62,053 nt of DNA from a virus (taxonomy: Duplodnaviria > Caudoviricetes), in IMG/VR virus record IMGVR_UViG_3300023174_000173, positions 1 to 62,053 of that record. One strand, written 5' to 3'. A model generated the notes under the pieces. The model did no database searches, was not told the origin of the DNA, and worked only from the letters and a program-made list of their open reading frames with translations. Both the position numbers and the translations under genes were made by a program. Positions 28,241 to 36,894 of the stretch are shown piece by piece. How positions within the stretch are numbered: the stretch's first letter is position 1; every line of letters begins with the position of its first letter.

Positions 28241-28434
28241 CGCCCATCAAAATGGTTCCCGTTGGGAACTGGTGTCTGTAGTAAGAGGGCGGGCGGGAGG
28301 CAACGAAGTTGCCCAGAGAATCGCGTAGTGTGAGAGAGTGAGAGAGGTCAAGTTATTTAAATGTCAATTGTTCACGCAAGGGCTGGGATCTGTTTTTTGG
28401 CTCATCCTGACACGAAACTTACAAATATAGGGCA

Positions 28435-28459
28435 AAACATCAAGTAGTACTTTAAGTTT
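28435..28459. promoter_or_regulatory. Palindromic box, copy 2
   Basis: AAACATCAAGTAGTACTTTAAGTTT. Confidence 0.7.
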
Positions 28460-28469
28460 TGTGTTGACG

Positions 28470-28820
28470 AACGGAACTTGTTCAGTAATGTTCCGTAATG
28501 TTCCGTCTGACGGAACACGGTTTTTGAAGTTTAGCACTCTGTAACCCTTTGTTTTTATTAGATTATATTTATATTTATATATAGTATTTAGTAATGTTCC
28601 ATTTGTTCCGTCAAAATGGGTAATCAGAAAGTTTTTTTATTTTTTAAAGCACACAGAAAAAACTTGTTTACACGTGTGCGAAATCGTTTGAGCTTTTCGC
28701 CAAACACCCCTCAAATCACGGAACAGTGAACAAAGGGCAAAAACACCATCAAAACCCGCATGTTTCCTCGCTTTTTTCAAATAACATCTAGCAGAACATT
28801 ACGGAACAATAGCGAACAAA
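28470..28820. other. Candidate replication origin (iterons and AT-rich tract)
   Basis: GTAATGTTCC/TGTTC repeats at 10-bp phasing, inverted copies at 28794-28818, AT tract at about 28548-28590, non-coding. Confidence 0.6.
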
Positions 28821-28851
28821 CAACAAAATACCGGCATAAACAATAGGGTAC

Positions 28852-28880
28852 TTGACAAAGGGAAACAACTATGCCATAAT
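28852..28880 (+). promoter_or_regulatory. Sigma70-type early promoter
   Basis: TTGACA-17-CATAAT with TGn extension. Confidence 0.7.
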
Positions 28881-28921
28881 GTAGTCACAGTAACAAAACG
28901 AAGTAGCAAAAACAGCAAGGC

Positions 28922-28952
28922 AAACATCAAGTAGTACTTTAACTTTGGAGAA
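28922..28952 (+). promoter_or_regulatory. Palindromic box, copy 3, fused to RBS
   Basis: AAACATCAAGTAGTACTTTAACTTTGGAGAA. Confidence 0.75.
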
Positions 28953-28957
28953 ATAGC

Positions 28958-29737
28958 ATGACAATTAAAAAACCTAAATTCAAATTCAAGAAATACTCGG
29001 GCTACATTATTTATCGTGGTGCAAGCTTGCTAGATGGTAAGCCCATCGTAGTGGTGGCAATAACAGGCGAGTCAAAAAATGGCAAAACAGGCAATCTCGT
29101 GCAAACGTACATCATGGCTGATAATGGGCTTAGTCCAGTGGAATCGGCGCGCAACCTAGATGATGTTTCAGTGTGTGGTGATTGTAAGCACCGGCGCGGT
29201 ATGGGCGGCTCGTGCTATGTCAATCTGGGACAAGGTGCGCGTAGTGTGATGGACGGCGTGATGCGTGGGATTTATCCAGAGGATTTGGGTGGTGCGGTTC
29301 GTGCGGCAAAACATAGAAAAGTAAGGCTCGGTACGTATGGCGATCCGGCGGCGGTTCCGGCGTATGTGTGGGCACATTTACTTCAATTTGCATCGGGTCA
29401 TACAGGTTATACCCATCAATGGGCAAGTGGTAAAGCGGATCACGTGAAACAGTGGTGCATGGCATCGGTGGATACACTCGCCGAGATGCGGTTGGCTAGA
29501 TCAAAAGGTTGGCGCACGTTTAGGGTTCGTGGCGATGATGGCGTGGATATCAAACAACTAGGGCGTTTGGAAAAGCAAACAGAGATGCCCTGCCCTGCTA
29601 GTGAAGAACAAGGTAAGCGTTTGACATGCGAGGATTGCATGGCGTGTTCGGGTGGCATCGATAGCAAAAAGGCAAGCGTGACTATCATTGTGCATGGCTC
29701 ACTCAAGAATCGATTTGCTGCATCCATCGCGGCGTAA
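28958..29737 (+). CDS. Cys-rich, radical-SAM-like/gp88-like Fe-S protein
   Basis: NGKTG, CGDC-x9-CY, RLGTYGD, GYTH.W, CPAS...CEDCMAC. Confidence 0.55.
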   Translation: MTIKKPKFKFKKYSGYIIYRGASLLDGKPIVVVAITGESKNGKTGNLVQTYIMADNGLSPVESARNLDDVSVCGDCKHRRGMGGSCYVNLGQGARSVMDGVMRGIYPEDLGGAVRAAKHRKVRLGTYGDPAAVPAYVWAHLLQFASGHTGYTHQWASGKADHVKQWCMASVDTLAEMRLARSKGWRTFRVRGDDGVDIKQLGRLEKQTEMPCPASEEQGKRLTCEDCMACSGGIDSKKASVTIIVHGSLKNRFAASIAA

Positions 29738-29767
29738 AGCGGAAGGGGGGTTCCGCCCCCCCCCAAT

Positions 29768-29798
29768 AAACATAAAGTAGTACTTTAACTTTGGAGAA
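29768..29798 (+). promoter_or_regulatory. Palindromic box, copy 4, fused to RBS
   Basis: AAACATAAAGTAGTACTTTAACTTTGGAGAA. Confidence 0.75.
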
Positions 29799-29803
29799 AT
29801 AAC

Positions 29804-30022
29804 ATGGCTATATTGAACAATGAAGAGCGGGAGTTTTTAAATATCTTGCGTGAGCGCAATGCGTATCGGGATCAGTTGGTAGATATGACAACAATTTTAG
29901 AGGTGGCGAGGGTTGGGTTGGCAATGTGCTTTGATGAGATAGCCCAAGAACTTGACTTGTCAGATGAAGAACTAAAGCGCATCCAAAAACAAATACAGGT
30001 AACACTTGGAGAACAATCATGA
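29804..30022 (+). CDS. Hypothetical early protein
   Basis: RBS; IAQELDLSDEEL (HTH-like helix). Confidence 0.65.
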   Translation: MAILNNEEREFLNILRERNAYRDQLVDMTTILEVARVGLAMCFDEIAQELDLSDEELKRIQKQIQVTLGEQS

Positions 30023-30417
30023 GCATGAGATCAATTGAAGCAATGCATAACCTAGATGCATCCGTACTGGATGAAATTTTGAGCGCGGTGGTGGATTATA
30101 TGGAAAACGTGGAGGAATTCACGCCGTCACTACCTAAGATCAAGCCCATCGATAGCATACCTAATGGTTCCTACAGGACGGGTGGGCTAGAGGGTTTGAC
30201 CAAGTGGGATATCGAGAAGCGTCTGGGCTTTACACCCAATGCAGAGGACGATCCGGCTAAGGTCGTGAATAGTTGGGCGTTCACAGTAGATGGCGACATG
30301 TGCGCTATCTGGGACTACAAGGGTAGTCATTTATTTAATCGGTGGTCATGCTATGACCCAACAGGTGCATTACTTGCGGTATTTGATGCGTCTAACATTG
30401 ATGATGGAGGGTGGTGA
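30019..30417 (+). CDS. Hypothetical early protein
   Basis: RBS CTTGGAGAA; IWDYKG motif. Confidence 0.65.
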   Translation: MSMRSIEAMHNLDASVLDEILSAVVDYMENVEEFTPSLPKIKPIDSIPNGSYRTGGLEGLTKWDIEKRLGFTPNAEDDPAKVVNSWAFTVDGDMCAIWDYKGSHLFNRWSCYDPTGALLAVFDASNIDDGGW

Positions 30418-30418
30418 A

Positions 30419-30577
30419 ATGAACAACGACAATATCTGGATAGTGCTAACAACGATAGTCGCTTGCGTAATGGTGGCTTGGGGTCTGGATACAGACGGAC
30501 GGTACTTGCAACAAGCAACGCTTGTGTTCGCGGGTGCAATGGTTGGTGTTTTATTAAACGAAGGGGGTGGGAAATGA
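30419..30577 (+). CDS. Small 2-TM membrane protein
   Basis: MNNDNIWIVL...; strong SD. Confidence 0.5.
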   Translation: MNNDNIWIVLTTIVACVMVAWGLDTDGRYLQQATLVFAGAMVGVLLNEGGGK

Positions 30578-30762
30578 AACGATTTAAAGTGCAGAAAATA
30601 ATACTGTGCGAGGTATCGGTTTGGGGTTACGTGGAAGCCGAACACATGGGGGATGCAATGGCTCAAGCGGCGAAGATAGGCACAGGCGATGGGCATGACT
30701 ACGAAATTATTCGCGACATTAAAGCCACTTCTATAGTGGTTTATGAGGAGGCATTGTCATGA
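30574..30762 (+). CDS. Hypothetical protein
   Basis: MKRFKV...VEAE...DA; coupled. Confidence 0.55.
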   Translation: MKRFKVQKIILCEVSVWGYVEAEHMGDAMAQAAKIGTGDGHDYEIIRDIKATSIVVYEEALS

Positions 30763-30846
30763 TGCACAAGGACGAGATTTTATTCTGGGTAATGGTAGCG
30801 ATGGCTATCTTTGTGGCGTACTTAGTAACTTTTGAGGGAGTGTGAG

Positions 30847-31104
30847 ATGAAATATTATTTAAGCAAGGTTGAAGAGCGTAACGGGGACTTTGAGTATTCA
30901 TCGGAGTATTTGTTTGCAACGGAGGGTGACCCGCATGAGTATGCCAAAACACAAGCGATGGAGTGGCGCGGCTCTGGTGAGGATGATTGGGACGAGGATC
31001 AGGATGGGTGGTGGTGCGACTGCACGTTGGTATTTGATGGTGGTTGCAGAGAGATTCCGAAAGAGGACTTCGATGTGCTGAGTAAGTATCTCGCCGTACT
31101 GTAG
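30847..31104 (+). CDS. Acidic hypothetical protein
   Basis: MKYYLSKVEERNGDFEY...; SD GGGAG. Confidence 0.6.
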   Translation: MKYYLSKVEERNGDFEYSSEYLFATEGDPHEYAKTQAMEWRGSGEDDWDEDQDGWWCDCTLVFDGGCREIPKEDFDVLSKYLAVL

Positions 31105-31117
31105 GGGGCTACCCCCC

Positions 31118-31146
31118 TTGACAGTGTATAACCATTAACCTATAAT
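31118..31146 (+). promoter_or_regulatory. Consensus sigma70 promoter for the AAA operon
   Basis: Perfect TTGACA-17-TATAAT. Confidence 0.9.
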
Positions 31147-31207
31147 ATGTTCTGGTGTGGCGAATTCAAAACAACTAAGTAGGATCTCGCACCAGAACAG
31201 CAACAGC

Positions 31208-31245
31208 AAACCTCAAGTAGTACTTTACCTTTCAAACTTGGAGAA
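31208..31245 (+). promoter_or_regulatory. Palindromic box, copy 5, plus RBS
   Basis: AAACCTCAAGTAGTACTTTACCTTT...CTTGGAGAA. Confidence 0.7.
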
Positions 31246-31250
31246 CAATC

Positions 31251-32375
31251 ATGGCACAAGTAAACACAGCAACACGCATCACCCTGAAAGAACTTGTCAC
31301 AGCAGTGGCAACAGTAGGTAGCAAGCGCACTATCATTGCGAGGGGCGAGCCGGGTATCGGCAAGTCATGGACGCTTAAGGCACTAGCTTCAAAGTTTCCT
31401 ACGCATAAAGCCATCACGGTGGATTGTGCTCGGCTACTGGATCAAGGCGATTTCTGGGCTATGTATCTAGAAGACAAGGCTAACGGCGAGAAGGTGGCGC
31501 GTCAGGCGTTCCTAGATATGTTCGACTTCGACCCAACGCAGCCCATCCTGTTACTACTTGATGAGATCGGCAAGATGCCCAAGGGCGTGATGAACGTGAT
31601 CCTAACTGTAATCTTTGACCGCCGACTAGGTGACCGCATGCTGCACCCAGATTCAATTGTGTACGCGACAACTAACCTGACAGCCGATGGTATCGGTGAC
31701 TTCTTGCCAGCCCATGCACGTAGTCGTGCGGTGATTGTCGAGATCAAAAAGCCTGAGTCGGGGTTCAATCCTGATGGTTCGGTGGAGCCTGACTCATTCG
31801 GCTCGTTCATGTTGTCTAATGATTTCGATCCGGCGGTGGTGGCTTGGGTGGCGCGGAACCCGCATGCACTGGAGAGTTATCGTGATTGCCCGAACGACAA
31901 GGATTGGTCTAACCCATATGCGTTTCATCCGACCAGAGGTGCAGAGTTATATTTTTGTCCACGTAGTGCACATGCTGCGTCTGACATTGTGAAGGATCGT
32001 GATGCGTTGGGGCACAGCCTGACTATGAAACTGTTAGCAGGTGCAGCAGGTGAGTCGTTTGCTCGTGACTTCGCGGCGTTCTTGATGATCAAAGATAAGT
32101 TGCCATCGATACTATCAATCGTGAATAACCCAAGCGGTGCGGATATGCCCCCAGTCGGTGATGCAGTAGCGCATTGTGTGATGGTGCAGCAGTTGGTGGC
32201 GAACCTAAAGAAAGAGACAGTCGAGGCGTTCGTGACTTATATGCAGCGTATGGGTAGTGAATGGCAAGCGATGTTCGGGCGTTGCGTCATCGCATCTGAG
32301 GACAAGCAGAAGACAGGTATTCAATGCGCTTCGTTCCGTCAGTGGGCGATGGACAATCAGTGGATGTTTTCTTAA
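31251..32375 (+). CDS. MoxR-like AAA+ ATPase
   Basis: GEPGIGKS, LLLLDEI, TTN sensor I, PRS sensor II. Confidence 0.85.
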   Translation: MAQVNTATRITLKELVTAVATVGSKRTIIARGEPGIGKSWTLKALASKFPTHKAITVDCARLLDQGDFWAMYLEDKANGEKVARQAFLDMFDFDPTQPILLLLDEIGKMPKGVMNVILTVIFDRRLGDRMLHPDSIVYATTNLTADGIGDFLPAHARSRAVIVEIKKPESGFNPDGSVEPDSFGSFMLSNDFDPAVVAWVARNPHALESYRDCPNDKDWSNPYAFHPTRGAELYFCPRSAHAASDIVKDRDALGHSLTMKLLAGAAGESFARDFAAFLMIKDKLPSILSIVNNPSGADMPPVGDAVAHCVMVQQLVANLKKETVEAFVTYMQRMGSEWQAMFGRCVIASEDKQKTGIQCASFRQWAMDNQWMFS

Positions 32376-32387
32376 TCAGGGGGACAT

Positions 32388-33584
32388 ATGTTTACAGCAG
32401 AACAAAAACTAACACGTGCCACGGTGTGGCTGATGGAATACCCGCCGGTCTGCGCTCTATCAGGGATCATGTTGATGGGCAAGATCGAGGTGAACGACAG
32501 CACACCTACTGCGGCAACCAATGGACGTGATGAGTACTACGGTCGTGGCTTTCTTAATACGTTGACTGAGCCGGAGGTGCGCGGGTTGAAGTTGCATGAG
32601 GTGTTTCACAAAGCCAAGCGGGACATGCTCACGTGGAGACATCTATATGATAAAGACCCCAAGGTTGCCAACATGGCGAGCGACTACGTCAACAACTTAA
32701 TGATCTGGGAGATCGACCCATCGGAGAAAGATATCAAGATACCTACCGGCGGTTTGTTGGACAAGCGTTTCCGTGGCATGGATACAGGCGAGGTGTTCGC
32801 CATACTTAAACAGGAGAAGGACAATGGACAGGAACACGGTAATGGCAAAGCAGGGCAGGGCGCGAACGGTGCGGGTGCTGGACAAGAAAGCCTCGATCAC
32901 CATGATTGGGACGGTGCGAGCGCCTTATCGGACGAGGAACAAGAACAGCTCTCAGAGGAAATCGATCAAGCGTTAAGACAGGGCAAGATATACGCCGAGC
33001 GTCTGAAAGGTAAGTTGCCCCACGCTATCGAGGCTACGTTGGCTCCGGTGGTTAACTGGCAGGATGAGTTGCAAGAACACGTGACTTCATTGTGCAGTGG
33101 CTCGGAGACCCCGACATACCGCAAGCGCAACAGACGCAGGATGGAGTCGGACATTATCTATCCAAGCTTAATCACTGAGCGCATCGGTAGGTTAGCAGTA
33201 GGTATCGATACATCAGGTTCGATATTCGGTAGCGGTGTGTTGTCTAGCTTTATGGCGGCACTCAATAACTTGTGTGAGGTTGTGCGTCCTGAGATCGTGG
33301 ACGTCATGTATTGGGACTCAGGTGTAGCGCGGCATGAGACGTATGACGAGAACTCATACGCAGGGTTGTTACTCTCAGCTAGTCCAAAAGGTGGTGGTGG
33401 TACTGATCCGCAGTGTGTGGTTGACTACATGAAAGAGAAGCAGATGCGTCCTGATGCAGTGGTGATGCTGACTGACGGTGAGGTATCGTCATGGGGTAAG
33501 GGTTGGGATGTACCTACCTTGTGGTGTATCACTGACAGGCGTATCAAGTCGGCGGTGGGTCGTTCGGTACACATAGCAGTCTAA
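32388..33584 (+). CDS. Metallopeptidase (DUF2201-like) fused to vWA domain
   Basis: TAATNG, HEVFH zincin motif, DTSGS MIDAS, GGGT, LTDG. Confidence 0.85.
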   Translation: MFTAEQKLTRATVWLMEYPPVCALSGIMLMGKIEVNDSTPTAATNGRDEYYGRGFLNTLTEPEVRGLKLHEVFHKAKRDMLTWRHLYDKDPKVANMASDYVNNLMIWEIDPSEKDIKIPTGGLLDKRFRGMDTGEVFAILKQEKDNGQEHGNGKAGQGANGAGAGQESLDHHDWDGASALSDEEQEQLSEEIDQALRQGKIYAERLKGKLPHAIEATLAPVVNWQDELQEHVTSLCSGSETPTYRKRNRRRMESDIIYPSLITERIGRLAVGIDTSGSIFGSGVLSSFMAALNNLCEVVRPEIVDVMYWDSGVARHETYDENSYAGLLLSASPKGGGGTDPQCVVDYMKEKQMRPDAVVMLTDGEVSSWGKGWDVPTLWCITDRRIKSAVGRSVHIAV

Positions 33585-33594
33585 GCAAAACCTA

Positions 33595-33625
33595 AAACAT
33601 AAAGTAGTACTTTAACTTTGGAGAA
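33595..33625 (+). promoter_or_regulatory. Palindromic box, copy 6, fused to RBS
   Basis: AAACATAAAGTAGTACTTTAACTTTGGAGAA (identical to copy 4). Confidence 0.75.
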
Positions 33626-33630
33626 ACAAA

Positions 33631-34512
33631 ATGGCTATTCAAAATGCTGCAATTCTTGTTGACTTAAACATCGGTGCGTGGACTGGTCGCAAGCTAGATA
33701 AAAATGTGTCGAGTGAAATCGATGTGGCTAAAGGTACGAAGGCTAAGGGTGGCAACTACCACAAACATCTATTGGCAGGTAGCGACAAGCTTGATGCAGT
33801 ACAGAAGATCGTGTCGGCTGCGCGGGTGTGGCACTACGAGCAAACAATGCCTTGGTCAGATGGTGGCTCGCGTCTCTTGCCTATGAAAAACTTCTTTGAC
33901 TACAAGCGTTCGTTGTCTGGTCTGTTCGAGCGGAACTATTGGGCTGCGGTTGGTGAGTTTAAGAAAGAGTATCCTACGTTGGTAACAGCGGCGGCGTTCC
34001 AGTTGGGGGCATTGTTCAATCGTGCTGACTATCCTGATCTGGAGTCAATCGAGAATAAGTTTAAGTTCAATTATGTGTTCATGCCTGTACCAACGGCGGG
34101 TGACTTCCGTATCCAAGCAACAGATGAGGCTATCGCCGAGTTGCAAGCGCAAGCTGAACAGCATGTGAACACCCGTCTGAATGACGCTATGAAAGATATC
34201 TGGACACGTCTGCACGAATGCCTGAGCCACATGTCTACCAAGTTAGCTGACTTACCTACGCCTCGCGTGTTGAAGAACGGCACTGAGATGTACTCGCAGG
34301 TATTCCGTGATTCATTGGTTAACAACGCTGTTGAGTTGTGTGGGTTGTTGACTAAGCTTAACGTGACGGATGACCCTAACCTCGAGCAAGCTAGACGCAA
34401 ACTGGAGGACGCTATGTTCGGTGTTACTGCGGACGACCTACGTGAAGATGACGGTGCACGTGCTGCATTGAAGTCGGAAGTAGATAGCATACTCAAAGCA
34501 TTCTCATTCTAA
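33631..34512 (+). CDS. DUF3150-like protein
   Basis: LNI..WTGRKLD, TMPW...G.RLLP, DYP. Confidence 0.65.
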   Translation: MAIQNAAILVDLNIGAWTGRKLDKNVSSEIDVAKGTKAKGGNYHKHLLAGSDKLDAVQKIVSAARVWHYEQTMPWSDGGSRLLPMKNFFDYKRSLSGLFERNYWAAVGEFKKEYPTLVTAAAFQLGALFNRADYPDLESIENKFKFNYVFMPVPTAGDFRIQATDEAIAELQAQAEQHVNTRLNDAMKDIWTRLHECLSHMSTKLADLPTPRVLKNGTEMYSQVFRDSLVNNAVELCGLLTKLNVTDDPNLEQARRKLEDAMFGVTADDLREDDGARAALKSEVDSILKAFSF

Positions 34513-34524
34513 TTACAGGGGGGC

Positions 34525-35424
34525 TTGTCCCCCCACCACGATATGTTTCCTATTTTAAAAAATTTAGATACCTCTAGAAAGATCATACCTATCATGCTCA
34601 CACTTACAATAGATCAAGTACACCCCGCGATACGCGACTTAGTTAATACATTCTTATTGAAGAGCAAGCACCCGTTTGAAATGATTGCACATGGTGGTCA
34701 GGTCATGCGCGGTGAAGAGACATACAACAAGGGCGTTGCCTTTTGGGACAACAACTATGACCGTGAACACGCAGGTAAGTTGCGTATAGAAGTAGATAAC
34801 AAAGACCGACTGGTGTACGTCATCACAGGTAGGGAAGAAGTATCACCCCGCCGCAAGACACTTGATGAACGTTGGTCAAAGAGAACGACTGACCCTAAGA
34901 AGGTGGTGAAGCTGATGCTGTCTATGATCACACCCTACACACTAGAGTCTATTGCCATGAGTTACAACAAGCCTGTACGTGAACACCTACGTGGGTGGCG
35001 TTATGAGAATGATGCGAAGGTAAAGGAACCACTGCGTCAGTTAGGTAGTTCACATATGGCAATGGTCAAAGAGTTAAAGAACTTGAAAGCATTGGGAGTT
35101 AACTTTGTGACACAAGAATTTAGAAACATTGCAGAGCAGACACTCGCCTACCATGAGGAACATGAGTACCGCGAGAACGCAAAGGTAGCCCAGATATTTG
35201 TTAGCTATAGGGATGATGGCATTCATTTGTTTGATAACAATGCGTCCCCCAAAGAACAAGTGTACACAAGCTTCGATACGTTACCGGAAGATACCCGGGG
35301 GAAAGTGGCGTTCCTAAAGATGTTGAAGGATGGTGAGGCTATCCCCGAGGTGGGTCTGCGCGTGGACTCTAAAACTTTCTGGGTATTAAAAATGTCTGAG
35401 CGTGTTTCCAAAGGGAATGTATAA
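34525..35424 (+). CDS. Hypothetical protein (start uncertain)
   Basis: Long ORF in operon; C-terminal LPE....KVAFLKM.....IPEVG.RV module resembles the next gene's EKLSLLML...VKGIGRR. Confidence 0.65.
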   Translation: MSPHHDMFPILKNLDTSRKIIPIMLTLTIDQVHPAIRDLVNTFLLKSKHPFEMIAHGGQVMRGEETYNKGVAFWDNNYDREHAGKLRIEVDNKDRLVYVITGREEVSPRRKTLDERWSKRTTDPKKVVKLMLSMITPYTLESIAMSYNKPVREHLRGWRYENDAKVKEPLRQLGSSHMAMVKELKNLKALGVNFVTQEFRNIAEQTLAYHEEHEYRENAKVAQIFVSYRDDGIHLFDNNASPKEQVYTSFDTLPEDTRGKVAFLKMLKDGEAIPEVGLRVDSKTFWVLKMSERVSKGNV

Positions 35425-35732
35425 TGAATCTTGACAGGGGGGAATTCAGCTTTGATAAGTGGGGGGCTACTCACTTTGTATCGGTTAGAGTACAGAGGAA
35501 ACATGATGGGTCTATCGTGCTTACGTATGGTGGCGCAGGTGAGTGGCTCTCTAAACCTCCGTACTCAACTGAACTATTTGAACAGATGATTAGAGAGAAG
35601 CTGTCGTTACTAATGCTCGCCCCAGTACATACAGACGTTAAAGGTATAGGGCGCAGGATGACTAGTGATGTGTATTACATACGTATGTTTCAAGAGGATG
35701 CAGATAAGCTAAAGGAGAAAGACTCATGTTAA
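35424..35732 (+). CDS. Hypothetical protein
   Basis: TAATG-coupled. Confidence 0.6.
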   Translation: MNLDRGEFSFDKWGATHFVSVRVQRKHDGSIVLTYGGAGEWLSKPPYSTELFEQMIREKLSLLMLAPVHTDVKGIGRRMTSDVYYIRMFQEDADKLKEKDSC

Positions 35733-35905
35733 AAGCAGGAAAGTTTATTAAAGAAGAACCACCAGAGATCGGTAAACTTTTTATACCTGAACATAAGTGG
35801 GAGAAGTTCACACCTGAAGAGATGCTTGTGCAAGACCTTTTGTTGGACGATGGTAAGAATAAAACTTTTATAAATAAACTGTTCGATGTATTTGCTCGAG
35901 CATAA
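35726..35905 (+). CDS. Hypothetical protein (59 aa, not in track)
   Basis: SD AAGGAG; MLKAGKFIKEEPPEIG...FTPEEMLVQDLLL. Confidence 0.6.
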   Translation: MLKAGKFIKEEPPEIGKLFIPEHKWEKFTPEEMLVQDLLLDDGKNKTFINKLFDVFARA

Positions 35906-35920
35906 CTTGGAGAACACATC

Positions 35921-36232
35921 ATGCCTAATGTTGCAGTCAGCCCATCAAATATCCTTAGCGATATTGAATTAAAGAAACGCCGCGCCTATGCGTTAACCCC
36001 ATTCACTGTGTCGAGAGAAAAGTTTAGCAACTGGTTTCAAACGGAAGTCGCCGCCGAAATAAATTGGTCTAACCCAATGATCGGGCATATGTTTCAGTCG
36101 TGGGTCGCCGGTCATGGAATAATAGAATGGATCAGCGATAAAGAACTTGCAGCAAGAAAATCTAAACGAGAAAAAATGGCGGCAACCAAAGCAAAAAACG
36201 AAGCATTAAAAAAAGCAGCAGGACTTAAATAA
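35921..36232 (+). CDS. Hypothetical protein with basic tail
   Basis: RBS CTTGGAGAA. Confidence 0.65.
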   Translation: MPNVAVSPSNILSDIELKKRRAYALTPFTVSREKFSNWFQTEVAAEINWSNPMIGHMFQSWVAGHGIIEWISDKELAARKSKREKMAATKAKNEALKKAAGLK

Positions 36233-36243
36233 AAGGAGAAGTA

Positions 36244-36492
36244 ATGTTACCCGCTAATTGTGTACACAAACTTAAAGCAGCAGCAGAAACAAAAGACCCA
36301 GAAGTAATCAACGACGCTATTAAGTTGGTGAAGCTTCTTGCCCCACAGTATTTTTTTAAAACGGATAACAATGGTAAAGACATTGACCCCAAGTTAGCTA
36401 ATCGTGTTTTCCATCATATGCCATGCAGTACGCAGTGGTCGGGTTCGTACATAACCAACAAAAAAATTCCAAGGAATGACTATGAGTATTGA
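36244..36492 (+). CDS. Hypothetical protein
   Basis: SD AAGGAG. Confidence 0.6.
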   Translation: MLPANCVHKLKAAAETKDPEVINDAIKLVKLLAPQYFFKTDNNGKDIDPKLANRVFHHMPCSTQWSGSYITNKKIPRNDYEY

Positions 36493-36685
36493 AACCTTTA
36501 ACTATAAACAAATCGTCACGTGGGTTAATAACGTTTGGGCGAAGTCGTTAACGGCGGTAGTAATGTTCTTTGTTGGGCTAGCGGTAGGGCAGGTGCAGGT
36601 TGAAGGTAGAGTAGTTGGTGACTGCAAGTACGCAGGAGTCTTTCGTGTAAACCATGAGGCATTTGTATGCCAGAGGAGAATTTAA
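36476..36685 (+). CDS. Small TM protein with C-terminal Cys pair
   Basis: TM helix then DCKY...F.C. Confidence 0.55.
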   Translation: MTMSIETFNYKQIVTWVNNVWAKSLTAVVMFFVGLAVGQVQVEGRVVGDCKYAGVFRVNHEAFVCQRRI

Positions 36686-36894
36686 TGGATAACCCAAAAC
36701 AAGTTAATTTTATGCACACATACGAAGACCTAGAAGCATGTAGGAATTACGTAAAAATGTTTAACCTACCAGCGATTGTTTTATGTTTGTTTAACGGAGA
36801 TAGAACGTTGTATACGTTTTGTTTGCAGTCATCGATAGACGTTATGCAAGAAGAAATGAACAAAGCTAAAGCTGTATACGTGGAGAACAAATAA
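36685..36894 (+). CDS. Hypothetical protein
   Basis: TAATG coupling, SD AGGAG (start MDNPK). Confidence 0.55.
   Translation: MDNPKQVNFMHTYEDLEACRNYVKMFNLPAIVLCLFNGDRTLYTFCLQSSIDVMQEEMNKAKAVYVENK

Noticed and set aside
28479-28504. Alphaproteobacterial LexA box (GTTC-N7-GTTC)
   Set aside because: Spacing is N6 (10-bp period), which fits iterons better
27433-33625. Palindromic repeats as a CRISPR or mini-array
   Set aside because: Copies are 0.5-2.4 kb apart and separated mostly by genes, not 30-40 nt spacers. There is no cas operon, and the Cas4-like gene is a typical stand-alone phage nuclease.
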